This document shows, piece after piece, positions 38,112 through 50,397 of a stretch of 64,000 bases of DNA. Origin of the DNA: Octopus sinensis (taxonomy: Eukaryota). The notes beneath the pieces are model-generated. The model saw nothing but the letters and a program-made list of their open reading frames with translations. It did not search any database and was not told the origin of the DNA. The translations under genes were made by a program, and so were the position numbers. The stretch's first letter is position 1. The number at the start of each line of letters is the position of its first letter. Where the stretch lies: the NCBI RefSeq assembly GCF_006345805.1, contig NC_042999.1:50220001-50284000 (forward strand). The letters are read 5' to 3'.

Positions 38112-40175
38112 CAAGGGCCCGGGAACAGGGGGTGCAGCAGGTGCACCTGCACCCCTTGGAATGTTCATGCGGTGCAAGATCAAAATTTGCACCCCCTACA
38201 TAATTTTACCAGCTTCAGAAAATAGCATCTAAAAAATTATCTGTATAAGATGCTTGAAGCTAGATTTCCTTTCAAAGCAAAAACAAAGAACAAAAATAAA
38301 TAAATAAAAGTGATGAAGCTGGGCTGAAAATTCCCAAGGGAATTTATGACTAACCAACTTCTGAAGCAAAGTAGCATCAAAATAAAAAGTATGTGACAAC
38401 AACATTGGCAGCAAACAACAAGAAGAACAACATGACCAGCATCTACTCTTCAATACATAGCATTACTTGGATTCTTGAAGACAGCTCTATTCTGACAAAA
38501 ATAACTCCAAAATCTTGCAATGCTGAAAATGTGTGAAGGTTCTTGTCCTCTCTCAGTCTGTCACCTCTCTCAAGTTCTTTGTAGTTGATGTTGCTAAAGA
38601 CTGATGACATGGTTGAATGGATTCGACTGTTTGACCTCAGCCTAAAAATAAAAACCCTTTAAAAATTCTTTCAGTCATATCGGTTTTCTCATTTAGGTTG
38701 TTAGGTCCAAAGTTTGACAAGGGAACAAAATGATTTATTTTTATCTTTGATATTTAATGCTCATTGTTAAATGCTTTGATACTTATTGCTCATTCGAAAT
38801 ACTAGTCTAGCTTAATAAAAAAAAAAGATTTTGAAAGTAAACATTTGACTATAAATGATTGCAGACCAACCCTGATATTAACTAATTTGCAATGAAATGT
38901 ATTCGACTAATTTATATAAAAAGGAAATTATATTAAAAGCATTACCTACCACCATCCTAACGAGGTTAACCACGAAGATCACTTCAGAGGTGCTATTTTT
39001 TGCTCATAAGTCTAACCCTAGCTGAGGCCAGCACACAAGCTAATATACTTTTAACAGGGGTCTTTAATTTTACTAATCTTAGCTGGTCTGAGGATTATAT
39101 CCAGCCTAGAACTAAGCAACTGAAGTGGAGGGATATGAACCCTTTTCTCGATAGAACAAAAGGCTTTCCCATACAACAAATTATTACCCATCCAATTAGG
39201 GGAAAATAGCATACTCGACTTTGTTTTTATTCACAATGTTCAGGTCATTCCCACAGATATTTCCAACCAAAGCATTATACAATTATCTGTATATGGTACA
39301 AAGAAATATCTGACTCGCAGCATGGATTTCTACCCTGAAGATCTTGCCTAACAAATCTTCTCCTTCTTGAAGAATGGATTACAAGGACCATGAATGAAAA
39401 AGTCTTGGTGGGCGTGGTATTTTGGGACTTGGCAAAGGCGTTTGACTCCGTTAATCACTGACTTCTCTTGCGCAAACTTCAAGCATTCAAGATTTATCCA
39501 TTGGTGACTTTGTGGATTTCTTCCTTCCTGAGCTATCGAACCTTTTGGGTGCAGATAAATGTAGATCTCTCCGTGGAGACGAATGTATGCAGCGGCATTC
39601 CCCAGGGGTCAGTGCTGACCAATACTTTTCCTTCTCTATATCAACAACCTGCCAGATTTTCTTGATGGAAGAGCTCTCCTATTTGCAAACGATTTCAAAC
39701 TTGTCTCACCTAGGAATCAATACGACATAATCGTCACTGAACCGAGCTTGGAATTGGGCGGTAGAATGGAATCTGAACTTGAATGCCTCAAAATGCAGCC
39801 ATTTGCCAATAGGTTCACCTCCAAACTCTCCCTTAACTATTGGCCATAAACATCAACACCTTAAGATGGTCACTGAAGAAAAGGATCTCGGCATAAGGAT
39901 CGATACTACTTTCAAACTACCACGGCAGGGCATCGAGGTGGCGAACAAAGCCAGAAGGAATCTTTTCCTCATCCACCGACCCTTTGCCAACCCTTCAATG
40001 GACGTCTGAGTGTCTTCCTCAGATTATGAACATTTCAGCCGACCCTCATAATAATAAAAATTATTATTATACCTGCATTTGTTTTAATGTTAACATTGGA
40101 AAAATCCACATTTTTCATAAAAAAATTAGGACCTGGGTTTGCACCCCTTTAGCAAATTTTGTTGCTGGGCCACTG
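38112..40175 (+). mobile_element. hAT-superfamily DNA transposon (defective) with nested LINE
   Basis: 8-bp TSD CTGCTTAT at 38104-38111 and 40176-40183; imperfect TIRs CAAGGGCCC / CAGTGGCCC; subterminal GGGGTGCA motifs at both ends. Confidence 0.85.
38940..40010 (+). mobile_element. CR1-clade LINE relic (endonuclease and RT pieces, internally deleted)
   Basis: Frames give LLTGVFNFTNLSW, IQQIITHPIRG, VVFLDLAKAFDSVNH, SGIPQGSVL, LFANDFKL, LNASKCSHL and EEKDLGI. Confidence 0.9.
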
Positions 40176-40865
40176 CTGCTTATAATGAAATTTCAGATAT
40201 TCAGAATATGTTTCTGCTTCTTGGATAGAATTTAATAGATATTCCTCCAAATAACGTTGATTTTGTAATGATTTATATTTTCTCAACCATAGATACTGGT
40301 GTTACTGTTAAAATAACTTCCCAACTTCATATTATAAGCACGTGTACATGTGTATGAGTGGATCTGTGTGTGTATGTGTGTGTGTGCTTGTGTGCATGAA
40401 TGTGCATTGTACAGCAATGAATAATCTAATAGAAGGGAGAAGATAGCGCAGTGAATAACTAAATAGCCTTGAGTGGTACATTGTTTAACAAGTGTTTCAT
40501 TTCATAGTACACGTTTTATTCTAAGCTTAGTCAATCAATTAGAGAATTTTACCGACTATAAAAATAGATTACACCATTGAGAAACCAGAACTAAAATAAA
40601 CAAATGTACATTTCTTCATTTTCTTATTTTACTCAATAAAATATTAAGACAGAAAGTTGGTGCTAAACTAAATAGGGATATCGTTAGTCTATGAATTAAT
40701 AAGTCTATTAACTTCATCGTTTGTTTGTAATGGCTTTCAAACATTAAATGGATCCTGGTCAGAATTAAAAGCCATGAGTGTTCAGGCGTTTGACCAATTA
40801 TACTACTAGATCTAATGGATTAGCTTATAGGTGGTTGAGTATTCCACAGACATGTGTACTTTTTA

Positions 40866-41080
40866 CCCTTTAGCATTTGGACTACTCTATTAAATGTAAT
40901 ATCTTTCATATTGTTTTGAATTAATTGTGCATTATATCAAAGCTGCAAGATTCCAATGATGTGACTGTATATTTTAAAAATGATATAGTAGGGTAGGCGT
41001 GAGAGGCTGGATCTGGCAAGTTTGAGCAGTAAAATGGTTGAGTATTTGGGCCAGATATGGCCAACTGAAATGCTAAGGGG
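40866..41080. mobile_element. piggyBac-type MITE (family P2)
   Basis: CCCTTTAGCATTT...AAATGCTAAGGGG-TTAA; homologous to 54096-54308. Confidence 0.8.
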
Positions 41081-41485
41081 TTAATGCAGTTCTTGAGGGG
41101 TATCACTGTGACACAGGATGAGAAGGTTGTTCTTGTGAATTAATGGTACACTCCATATGACTGACAGGCTTCTGTACAGTTTCCCACAGTCTTCTTTACT
41201 CAAGAAAGTAACAGTTGCTCAAGATACTACACTGCAGAATTGAAACTGGGACCTCATAATTATTTAGTGAACTTCTAAACCATTTAGCTACACGGTACCT
41301 ACTATATTTCAAGCATTATTACTAATACTAGCTGGTCTCTTGCTGTCAAAAATGACAGCTAATTGTAGTATTTTATATATAAACATGGATGGCAAATCAA
41401 ATTAACACACTTGTCAATGTTATCTAGAGGTTGTCTTTTAACATGTGACATCGATCATCATTTGTTACACACACACACACACACA

Positions 41486-41899
41486 CTCTTTTACTCTTTT
41501 ACTTGTTTCAGCTATTTGACTGGCCATGCTGGAGCACCGCCTTTAGTCGAGCAAATTGACCCCAAGACTTATTCTTCGTAAGCCTAGTACTTACTCTATC
41601 AGTCTCTTTTGCTGAACTGCTAAGTTACAGGGACGTAAACACACCAGCATTGGTTGTCAAGCGATGTTGGGGGGACAAATTCAGACTCACAAACATATAC
41701 ACACACATACATATATATATATATACATATATATATGATGAGCTTCTTTCAGTTTCCGTCTACCAAATCCACTCACAAGGCTTTGATCGGCCTGAGGCTA
41801 TAGTAAAAGACATTTGCCCAAGGTGCCACACAGTGGGACTGAACCCAGAACCATGTGATTGGTAAGCAAGCTACTTACCACACAGCCACTCCTATGCCT
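41486..41899 (-). mobile_element. SINE family A, full length
   Basis: Colinear with the other family A copies. Confidence 0.92.
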
Positions 41900-42540
41900 A
41901 TACACACATACACACACAAACATTCACATATCTCCCTTTTACATACACACACACATAATATACTTACACAGGGTTGAAACGCTCTAACTACCACTTTGCC
42001 ATCACTCCTTCCTTCCTTATTCATCTGTCACCCCTTCCTTTCTCATTCATATGTTGTGACAAGAGTATTATTATAGCAGATCATTAGTGGTGTAGCTGAA
42101 TATCTTGTACCTTGTGGTATTTAGTTGCTTTATGAAATGATTTCAAATCTCACTGAGGCCAACTTTGCCTCTCATTATTATGAAGCTGATAAAGGCGACG
42201 AGCTGGCACAACTGTTAGCATGCTGGGCAAAATGCTTAGCAGCATTTCGTCTGTCTTTACATTCTGAGTTCAAATTCCACCAAGGCCAACTTGGCCATTC
42301 ATCCTTTTGCGGTCAATAAAATAAGTAGCAGTTGAGCAATGGGGTCAGTATAATCTACTTACCCCCTTCCCCCAAACTTACTGGCCTCATATCAAAATCT
42401 AAAACCATGGAATTGATAAAATAATGTGTCGATTATGTTCAAGGCTTGCTATAATTGATTCCTAGCTTCTTCCTAAAAATCTGATGCCTTGCACTCAATA
42501 AATCAAAATTATCATTACCATAAGTTTATTTTAACTTCCA

Positions 42541-42704
42541 TAGGTGTAGGAGTGACTGTGTTGTAAGTAGCCTGCTTACAAACCACAGGGTTCCGGGTTC
42601 AGTCCCACTGTGTAGCACCTTGAGCAAGTGTTTTCTACTATAGCCTTGGGCCGACCAAAGCCTTGTGAGTGGATTTGGTAGACGGAAACTGAAAGAAGCC
42701 CGTT
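42541..42704 (+). mobile_element. SINE family A 5' half
   Basis: Ends at the internal (TA)n tract, followed by an inverted copy of its last 18 bp. Confidence 0.9.
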
Positions 42705-43063
42705 ATATATATATATATATATATATATATAACGGGCTTCTTTCAGTTATATATATGTGAGAAGAGCTGTGACTAGGGTCCTGGATATCTTCATTTTAGA
42801 AGACTTGCATAGGAAGTCACGAAGTACCTGGAGCACTAGAACAAGTGCTTCAAAGAAAGAGGGCCCTACTTTGAAGGAAATTAGAGTTTTGTATTTCATT
42901 TAAATAAATAAACATCGTGTCTGAATGAGTCTGAAACTTGGAATGCACTTTGTATTTTAACTGTAAAAACATGTGGGGTTTAGGATAGGAAGATCATGAC
43001 GGCATAGAGAATATGCCTTATTTCATGCATGTAGGTATGTAAATATATATGTATGTATGTATA

Positions 43064-43443
43064 CTCTCTTTACTTATTTCAGTCATTTGACTGTGGCCAT
43101 GCTGGAGCATCGCCTTTAGTCGAGCAAATCGACCCCCGGAACTTATTCTTTCTAAGCCTAGTACTTATTCTATCGGGCTAAGGTACGGGGATGTAAACAC
43201 ACCAACATCGGATGTCAAGCGATGTTGGGGGGGACAAACACAAACACACAAACATTTACACGCACATACATATATATATACATATGACGGGCTTCTTTCA
43301 GTTTCCGTCTACCAAATCCACTCACAAGGCTTTGGTCAGCCTGAGGCTATAGTGGAAGACACTTGCCCAAGGTGCCAACACAGTGGGATTGAACCCGGAA
43401 TCATGTGGTTGGTAAGCAAGCTACTTACAACACAGCCACTCCT
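43064..43443 (-). mobile_element. SINE family A, full length
   Basis: Colinear with the other family A copies. Confidence 0.92.
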
Positions 43444-43485
43444 AATGTACATTTTTTGCAGATATTGTAAGAAAGGGTGACAGCC

Positions 43486-44160
43486 ACTTATATCTTTCTC
43501 CATATATCTCACCTGAAACCCCCTCTGGCTTTGCAGTACAAATGTCTTGTTTTCAAAAGTTCTGGATTAAAATCTTCTACCAAACCTTAGTCACAATTTA
43601 TGTTCCTAAAACTAACTAATTATAACTAAGTTATTTTACTAAGTTGTTTGTTATATTTAAAATTAATTGAAAGAAACACAGAGCATCTCAACAGAAATAT
43701 GGTAATAAAAGGATTAAAAAGTTAAAAATTTAGCTTATATGAGAGAGCTAGGATGGAAGTAGCTAACGACTTTCACCATGGGAGCAGCAGCACTACATTA
43801 TTGATGCATCCATGATGAGGCCTGATATATGAAGGAAATGCATATTTAATTAACAAGGTATATCTTGCACTCCACAACGAAAGCTTGATGAACAAAAAGT
43901 TTAATGTAACAGAAATCTGATCTTTAATTCAAATATATTTGATAATTATTTTTATGTAAAATGTTTCTACATTTAAGAATCATTTGTTGCACAGCATCAG
44001 TACTTCTATAACAAATCATTGCAGTTGTATGGATAACTGCCAAACCAAGATTAATAAGAAGTGTCTTCTGTTGAATCTTTACAAGTTAATGTGTGCACAT
44101 GAGTATCTTTGCACAAACTCATACAAGTGAGAATACATGAAACAAAATAGAAACGAAGGC
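43486..44160. repeat. Local duplication copy 1 (interrupted by a P1 MITE remnant, ~43511-43713)
   Basis: Homologous to 45676-46150; 43937-44113 is identical to 45927-46103. Confidence 0.95.
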
Positions 44161-44759
44161 ACTATATAATGCAATACTCTTATCAATTTCAAATTTTTAA
44201 ATAGATAGCTCAGTTTCTTAGCTGCTAGATATCACTTGGGTTACATATTGCCTTCAAATTTTGGTGCAGGACTAGCAATTTTTGTGAGGGGGATAAGTCG
44301 ATTACATTGGTTCCAGTGCTCAACTGGTACTTAATTTATCAACCCCCAAAAGGTGAAGTCGACTTTAGCAGAATTTGAACTCAGAATGTAGCAACAGACA
44401 AAATGCCTCTAAGCAGTTTGCCTAGTTTGATAATGATTCTGCCAACTTGCCACCTGATCAATTGGTTACAAATTAATTGTAATGTGCTAAGGTATGAATA
44501 TATGTGGTTAAGATGCTTGTTTTAGAATGTTCGATTCTACTAGAGAGGAACCAACTGCATGTCATTTAGTGCAAGTGTTTTGTACCTCAGTTTTAGCAAT
44601 TTATTGTGAATACAATTTGATAATCACAAACAACATAGAAGATGAATGTGTATATGTATGTATGTATATATACATAAATATATCCTTTACTTATGTATGT
44701 AAGTGAAAGTAGGGAAACATTTGAAAGAGAACAAATAAAACAGTGCTTTTGAACACAAA

Positions 44760-45060
44760 TGCATAGTAGTATCTATTGCCTTTGATATCAGCAAAGATCT
44801 TTACTGCACCTGATATATAACACTCCTGTCAAAACTACATCAACCAATGGATCAATGATAGAGACTTCCTGTCAGATTGCAATAACACAAAGTGTGTTGG
44901 TAGAGCTCTCTCACTCTGATCCGCTCTTTGTCAGCTCTAGTATAACCAAGGGATCAGCTTTATCATATACGCTTCCTCTTATACGTCAATGATCTACTTG
45001 TCATCACTTCCAACTCAGTCCACTCCCACACAGATGACAGCTGATACCACTCTTCATTTT
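44760..45060 (+). mobile_element. CR1/L2-group RT fragment
   Basis: SIAFDISK...SSITKGSALS...VNDLLVITSNSVHSHTDD resembles ALDISKAFD...SGVPQGSVLS...INDL...HSYADD. Confidence 0.65.
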
Positions 45061-45179
45061 TTCCATAATTTCTTAATTTTCTACACCTGTAAACTAGACA
45101 CCTCACGTCGAATCTGCACTGATTTCATGAACAGAGACCTTGAAAACACCTTTCAAAAAAATTATGTCTATATAGTAGG

Positions 45180-45552
45180 GTGCCAAGAGCACCATCCGAG
45201 CGTGATCATTGCCAGAGTGGCTAACTGGCTTCCATGCCGGTGGCACGTAAAAGGGCACCATTTGAGCGTGATTGTTACTAGTGTCGCCTTCCTGGCACCT
45301 GTGCCGGTGGCATGTGTAAAAAGATTCGAGCAAGGTGGTTGCCAGTACTGCCTGACTGGCACCCATGCCGGTGGCATGTAAAAAGCACCCACTACACTCT
45401 CAGAGTGGTTGGCGTAAGGAAGGGCATCCAGCAGTAGAAACTCTGCCAGATTAACACTGGAGCCTGGTGGAGCCATCTGGTTCGCCAGCCCTCAGTCAAA
45501 ATCGTCCATCCCATACTAGCATGGAAAGCGGACGATGATGATGATGATGATT
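45180..45552 (+). mobile_element. RTE 3' UTR copy
   Basis: GGAAGGGCATC block and (GAT)n tail. Confidence 0.85.
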
Positions 45553-45675
45553 GTTCTTCTGCAGCAAAAAATACAATCACTGCACTTGTCATGAAAATAT
45601 CAATTTTAAATTTTGGCATGGGACCAGCAATTTCAAGGGAGTCATCAACCTTAGTGTCTTCAACATCAGGGTCCA

Positions 45676-46250
45676 ACTTATATCTTTCTCCTTCTATCTC
45701 AGTCCATTCAGACTGTAATTTAAAAAGTTAATGATTTACCTTATATAAGGGAGATAGAGTGAAAGTAGCTAACTACTTCACCATAGAAGCAGCAACACTA
45801 TAGTCTTGATGCATCCATGATGAGGCCTGATATATGAAGGAAATGCATATTTAATTAACAAGATATATCTTGTAGCTATATAACAAAAGTTTAATGCAAC
45901 AGAAATGTGATCTTTAAATCAAGTAAATTTGATAATTATTTTTATGTAAAATGTTTCTACATTTAAGAATCATTTGTTGCACAGCATCAGTACTTCTATA
46001 ACAAATCATTGCAGTTGTATGGATAACTGCCAAACCAAGATTAATAAGAAGTGTCTTCTGTTGAATCTTTACAAGTTAATGTGTGCACATGAGTATCTTT
46101 GCATCAACTCATACAAGTGAGAACACGTGAAATGAAATAGAAATGGAGGTAACAACTTCATTATGGAAGCAGTAATACTACAGTATTGATGCACTCATGA
46201 TGAGGCTTGATATATGAGGGAAATGCACATTCAATTAAGAAGGTATATCT
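45676..46250. repeat. Local duplication copy 2 plus partial third copy (~46150-46257)
   Basis: The ...GATGCA..CATGATGAGGC.TGATATATGA.GGAAATGCA... segment occurs at ~43782, ~45809 and ~46188. Confidence 0.93.
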
Positions 46251-46420
46251 TGCATCCCCTTATAATTTTATCGACCCTAAAAGGATGATCAGCAAAGTTC
46301 AACCTCAGCAGCATTTGAACACAGAACAGAGACAGATGAAATGCCATTTGGAATTTTTTCTGACATGCTAACAATTCTGCCAGCATGCTGCCCTACATGT
46401 CAAGAAAATGAAAATATAAA

Positions 46421-46673
46421 ATAAATGCGCCCTTTTAAGTCCTAGCCAGGTTCATGGGCCCGGTTTCCCGGTTTCAATGGCATATGTGTTCCCCAGTTGG
46501 ACAGGACGCCAGTCCATCGCAGTGTTACTCATTTTTGCCAGCTGAGTGGACTGGAGCAACAGGAAATGAAGTGTTTTGCTCAAGAACACAATGCGTCACC
46601 CGGTCCAAGAATCAAAACCACAATCTTACGATCATGATGCTGACACTCTAACCACTAAGCCATGCAGCTCCAC
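46421..46673 (-). mobile_element. tRNA-derived SINE with CORE-like plus V-like domains
   Basis: Middle shared with family D (14818-15162); V-like block and tail shared with family C (4748-5056). Confidence 0.8.
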
Positions 46674-47215
46674 TGTCAAGAAAATACTGTTGCATATTAT
46701 ATCCTGTTTCTCACCTTAGACACAAATACCTTAATTCTAGAACCTCACTATCATTTTCAATTTTAGGCATCACCATCACTGATTATCACTCCTGAACATG
46801 GCAATGATGGTACCTCATGTCTATCATTTGACTTCAGAACCAGAAAATGCTTCAGCGCCAACAACTGCTAAACTTCTACTAAGTTCAAATAAAGCCTACA
46901 GTGGAGTACAACTCTCAAATTCGGGGTAGTGTACATTTTAACAAGTATGTTGAAGTTGTATTGATTACACTTAGTTATTTTATGGAGATTTGAAATAAGA
47001 TTAGGTCATAGCTATGGTCATCTGGTCATTTCAACAATCAAATTGGACAATTTCAATATGAAATTACTTAAAACAACTTACAAGGAAAATCTAGAATTGT
47101 AATTTATTCTCAAGTATATTTACTTTCATTTTAAAGTTATTTGCTTTCCTATTTACATTTCAGATTAACTGAAAATTATTTTGATTTCAAAAGTCAGCAA
47201 CATTTATGAATGAGT

Positions 47216-47312
47216 ATGTATGTAATGTATGTAATGTATGTACTGTATGTAATGTATGTACTGTATGTAATGTATGTAATGTATGTACTGTATGTAATGT
47301 ATGTAATGTATG
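47216..47312. repeat. 9-bp minisatellite (GTATGTAAT/GTATGTACT)
   Basis: Directly visible; source of the TLHTVH ORF. Confidence 0.9.
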
Positions 47313-47339
47313 CATGTATGAATGTATTCTTTTATTTAT

Positions 47340-47601
47340 TCTTATACTTGTTTCAGTAATTTGATAGTGGCCATGCTGGAGCACCACCTTTAGTCAAAGA
47401 AAACGACCCCCATGACATATTCCTAGTAAGCTTAGTACTTATTCCATCGGTCTTTTGCCAAACTGCTAAGTTATGGGGATGTAAACACAACAACATCAGT
47501 TATCAAGCAATGGTGGGGGGACAAACACATGCACATACACAAACATATATATATATATATATATATATCGTTTAACAGACGTTAAACGATGATGATGATG
47601 A

Positions 47602-47632
<31 letters not shown>

Positions 47633-47780
47633 CGATAGGCTTCTTTCAGTTTCCGTCTATCAAATCAAGGCTTTGGTCGGCCCAAGGCTATAGTAGAAGA
47701 CACTTGCCCAAGGTGCCATGCAGTGGGACTGAAACTGGAACCATGTGTTTGGGAAGCAAGCCTCTTACCACACAGCCATA
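47340..47780 (-). mobile_element. SINE family A with a tiny inverted RTE tail in its (TA)n tract
   Basis: Family A body; ATCGTTTAAC-AGAC-GTTAAACGAT(GAT)n at 47567-47604. Confidence 0.85.
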
Positions 47781-47834
47781 TACATACACATAAGCATGCA
47801 CACTCACAACCACACACACACATACATACATATA

Positions 47835-48033
47835 CGAGAAGGTGCAGAAAAGTTCCTGGTTTTAAAGGCAACACTAAAGGCCTGGTTAAAGGCCCAACCT
47901 ACCAAGTTCTTTTACAGGTCTAGGAAAAAACTGAAGGACCGTAGTAATAAGTGTGTAAATCAGAGAAGGTAGTATGTTGAATAAAATCATAATTGGTTTT
48001 ACCCAAAGCCAGGACCTTTTCAGCACCCCTTCA
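47835..48033 (+). mobile_element. Mariner-derived MITE
   Basis: TA-flanked TIRs CGAGAAGGTGCAGAAAAGTTCCTGG / CCAGGACCTTTTCAGCACCCC; retains the mariner C-terminus-like CVNQRR*YVE*; homolog at 61610-61826. Confidence 0.8.
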
Positions 48034-48036
48034 TAT

Positions 48037-48068
<32 letters not shown>

Positions 48069-48894
48069 TATGTGTGTACATTTGTGTCTGTATTTATATA
48101 TATATATGCATGTATGTACGTAAGCATATACATATAAAGGGTAAGGACCCCCTTTCAGTCAGGAATTACCATGTGATTATACCTAGAACATTACCCTCAA
48201 AGGCATGGGTAACTGCTGGTCTTCCATAAACAACCTTGCCCGGACTTGTGCCTAGGAGGGTAACTTTCTAGGTGCAATCCCATGGTTAGTCATGACTGAA
48301 GGGAGTCTCAGATGTGTAAATGTGTAAAAACAATATTTTCAAAGAACATAACCTTCAAAGGCTAGCAGTCACATCTCCCTTGGTGTTGTACAAGTATTTT
48401 ACCTGTTTCAGTCATGGGATTGTGGCCATGCTGGAACATCCCCTTGAAGTGTTTTAAAATAAATTATTCAATTGTGCCTGTTCAACCATGCCTGTGTCAT
48501 CATTGATGATAAATCAATTTAATCAGGTTTAACTAAAGGCCAAAAACAGAAACAAGGGTGAAGGTAATTCCTAAAGAAGTTTGCAAGAAAAGGAATGGAT
48601 TTTTCCTGTGTAAAAATCAACTTTTGAAGGAATAAATTATGCAGCCTAAAATTTAAAGATAAGGGTGTATTTTGCTCTCTCATGTAAAACATTCGATATA
48701 ATCTTTAATCTATTCAAAAATTAATTTTTGTCTTCCAGTAAATTCTCATAAAAGAATAATAATCATATAAGTCAAAAACCTACATCAATAAACAAAAATT
48801 ATATTCATTACAAAGACGAACTGTAGAGGAGAGATCAATAAATATAAAAGAGGTGGGGAGTATAGATGAAGGAGAAGATACTTTGATATTATAA

Positions 48895-49222
48895 CTATAC
48901 ATATATATAGTTATATATATACATATATATATATATTATATATATATACACACACACACGCATGCATACATTATATGTATATAGATATATGTATGTGTGT
49001 GAATATGTATATATATATATACCTACAAGGGTTTTATCATATATTGATTTCATAGAAAGGTAGAAGTATAACATAACAAACAAACACACACATACACACA
49101 CACACATACACGCACATATATATGTATGTATACACACACAAATATACATACACACACACATATATATATGTGCATATATATGTATGTATACACACATGCA
49201 CATTATATATATATACACACAC

Positions 49223-49277
<55 letters not shown>

Positions 49278-49607
49278 CAACATACACCCACACATACAAA
49301 TACACACATATACACACATATGTGCACAGTATTGATTTCTTACAAAGCACCTACAATAGATACAAACCTACACACATGCATGCACCCACACATACAAACA
49401 CTATGTATACATATACATATCAAATAAGTGAGTATAAATATATATATACGTATGCATGTAAGTGTCTATATGGATGTGTGTGTGTATGTAAACATATGTA
49501 CATACATACATTCATACATACATACATACATAAATATATACATACATACATACAAACATACATACTTACATACATACATACAAACATACATACACACACA
49601 TACATAC

Positions 49608-49640
<33 letters not shown>

Positions 49641-49645
49641 TATAG
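48895..49645. repeat. Compound microsatellite (TA/CA/TACA)
   Basis: Directly visible. Confidence 0.95.
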
Positions 49646-49992
49646 CTGCATTAAAAAAATCTTAAACATTTAGTAGCAACAAATATTAGTGTACAGCAAT
49701 ATCAGATAAGCAACATGAAATATTTCTTATCTCATGTAGAGAAGAGGTTTCACAAGAAAAAACAAGAATAGTGAAAACACTGTTCAAACATAGAATCAAT
49801 ACATTAAGAAAAATGTAGTTTATAATGAGTTCTCTCATCGTTTGGGCAAACTTTTGGATGACTATAATGTTTTAGCTGCAATGTTTGTTTTCAGAGTATA
49901 TATTAATATATACACACATGCATAAATATATAATTTTTGCGTGTGCATGTATATAGGCATATATTTATATAGTAAATGTATATACACGCATT

Positions 49993-50397
49993 TACTCTTT
50001 TACTCTTTTACTTGTTTCAGTCATTTGACCTCGGCCATGCTGGAGCACCACCTTTAGTCGAGCAAATCGACCCCGGGACTTATTTTTTTTAAGCCCAGTA
50101 CTTATTGTATCAGTCTTTTTTGCCGAACTGCTAAGTGACGGGGACGTAAACACACCAGCATCGATTGTCAAGCAATGCTGGGGGGACAAACACAGACACA
50201 CAAACACACACACACATACATATATATATATACATATATACGACAGGCTTCTTTCAGTTTCCGTCTACCAAATCCACTCACAAGGCTTTGGTCAGCCCGA
50301 GGCTATAGCAGAAGACACTTGCCCAAGATGCCACACAGTGAGACTGAACCCGGAACCATGTGGTTGGTTAGCAAGCTACTTACCACACAGCCACTCC
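49993..50397 (-). mobile_element. SINE family A, full length
   Basis: Colinear with the other family A copies. Confidence 0.92.

Noticed and set aside
38467-38641. 175-nt minus-strand exon candidate (LRSNSRIHSTMSSVFSNINYKELERGD...) with TTTTTAG acceptor and GTAATG donor
   Set aside because: Lies inside the TSD-bounded hAT element, probably antisense to its transposase 5' region; worth revisiting only if spliced reads exist.
43793-43920. C/D-box snoRNA or hammerhead in ATGATGA...CTGA / GAAATGCAT
   Set aside because: The distal D box is mutated in copy 2 and absent in copy 3; for a hammerhead, C3 is missing and helices I and II do not form.
45600-45712. Minus-strand exon candidate SEWTEIEGERYKLDPDVEDTK
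   Set aside because: Its 3' part is a SINE B tail fragment, and the paralogous sequence in duplication copy 1 does not keep the frame.
46762-46927. Plus-strand acceptor followed by MAMMVPHVYHLTSEPENASAPTT... (43 codons)
   Set aside because: Weak donor, short frame and no recognisable homology.
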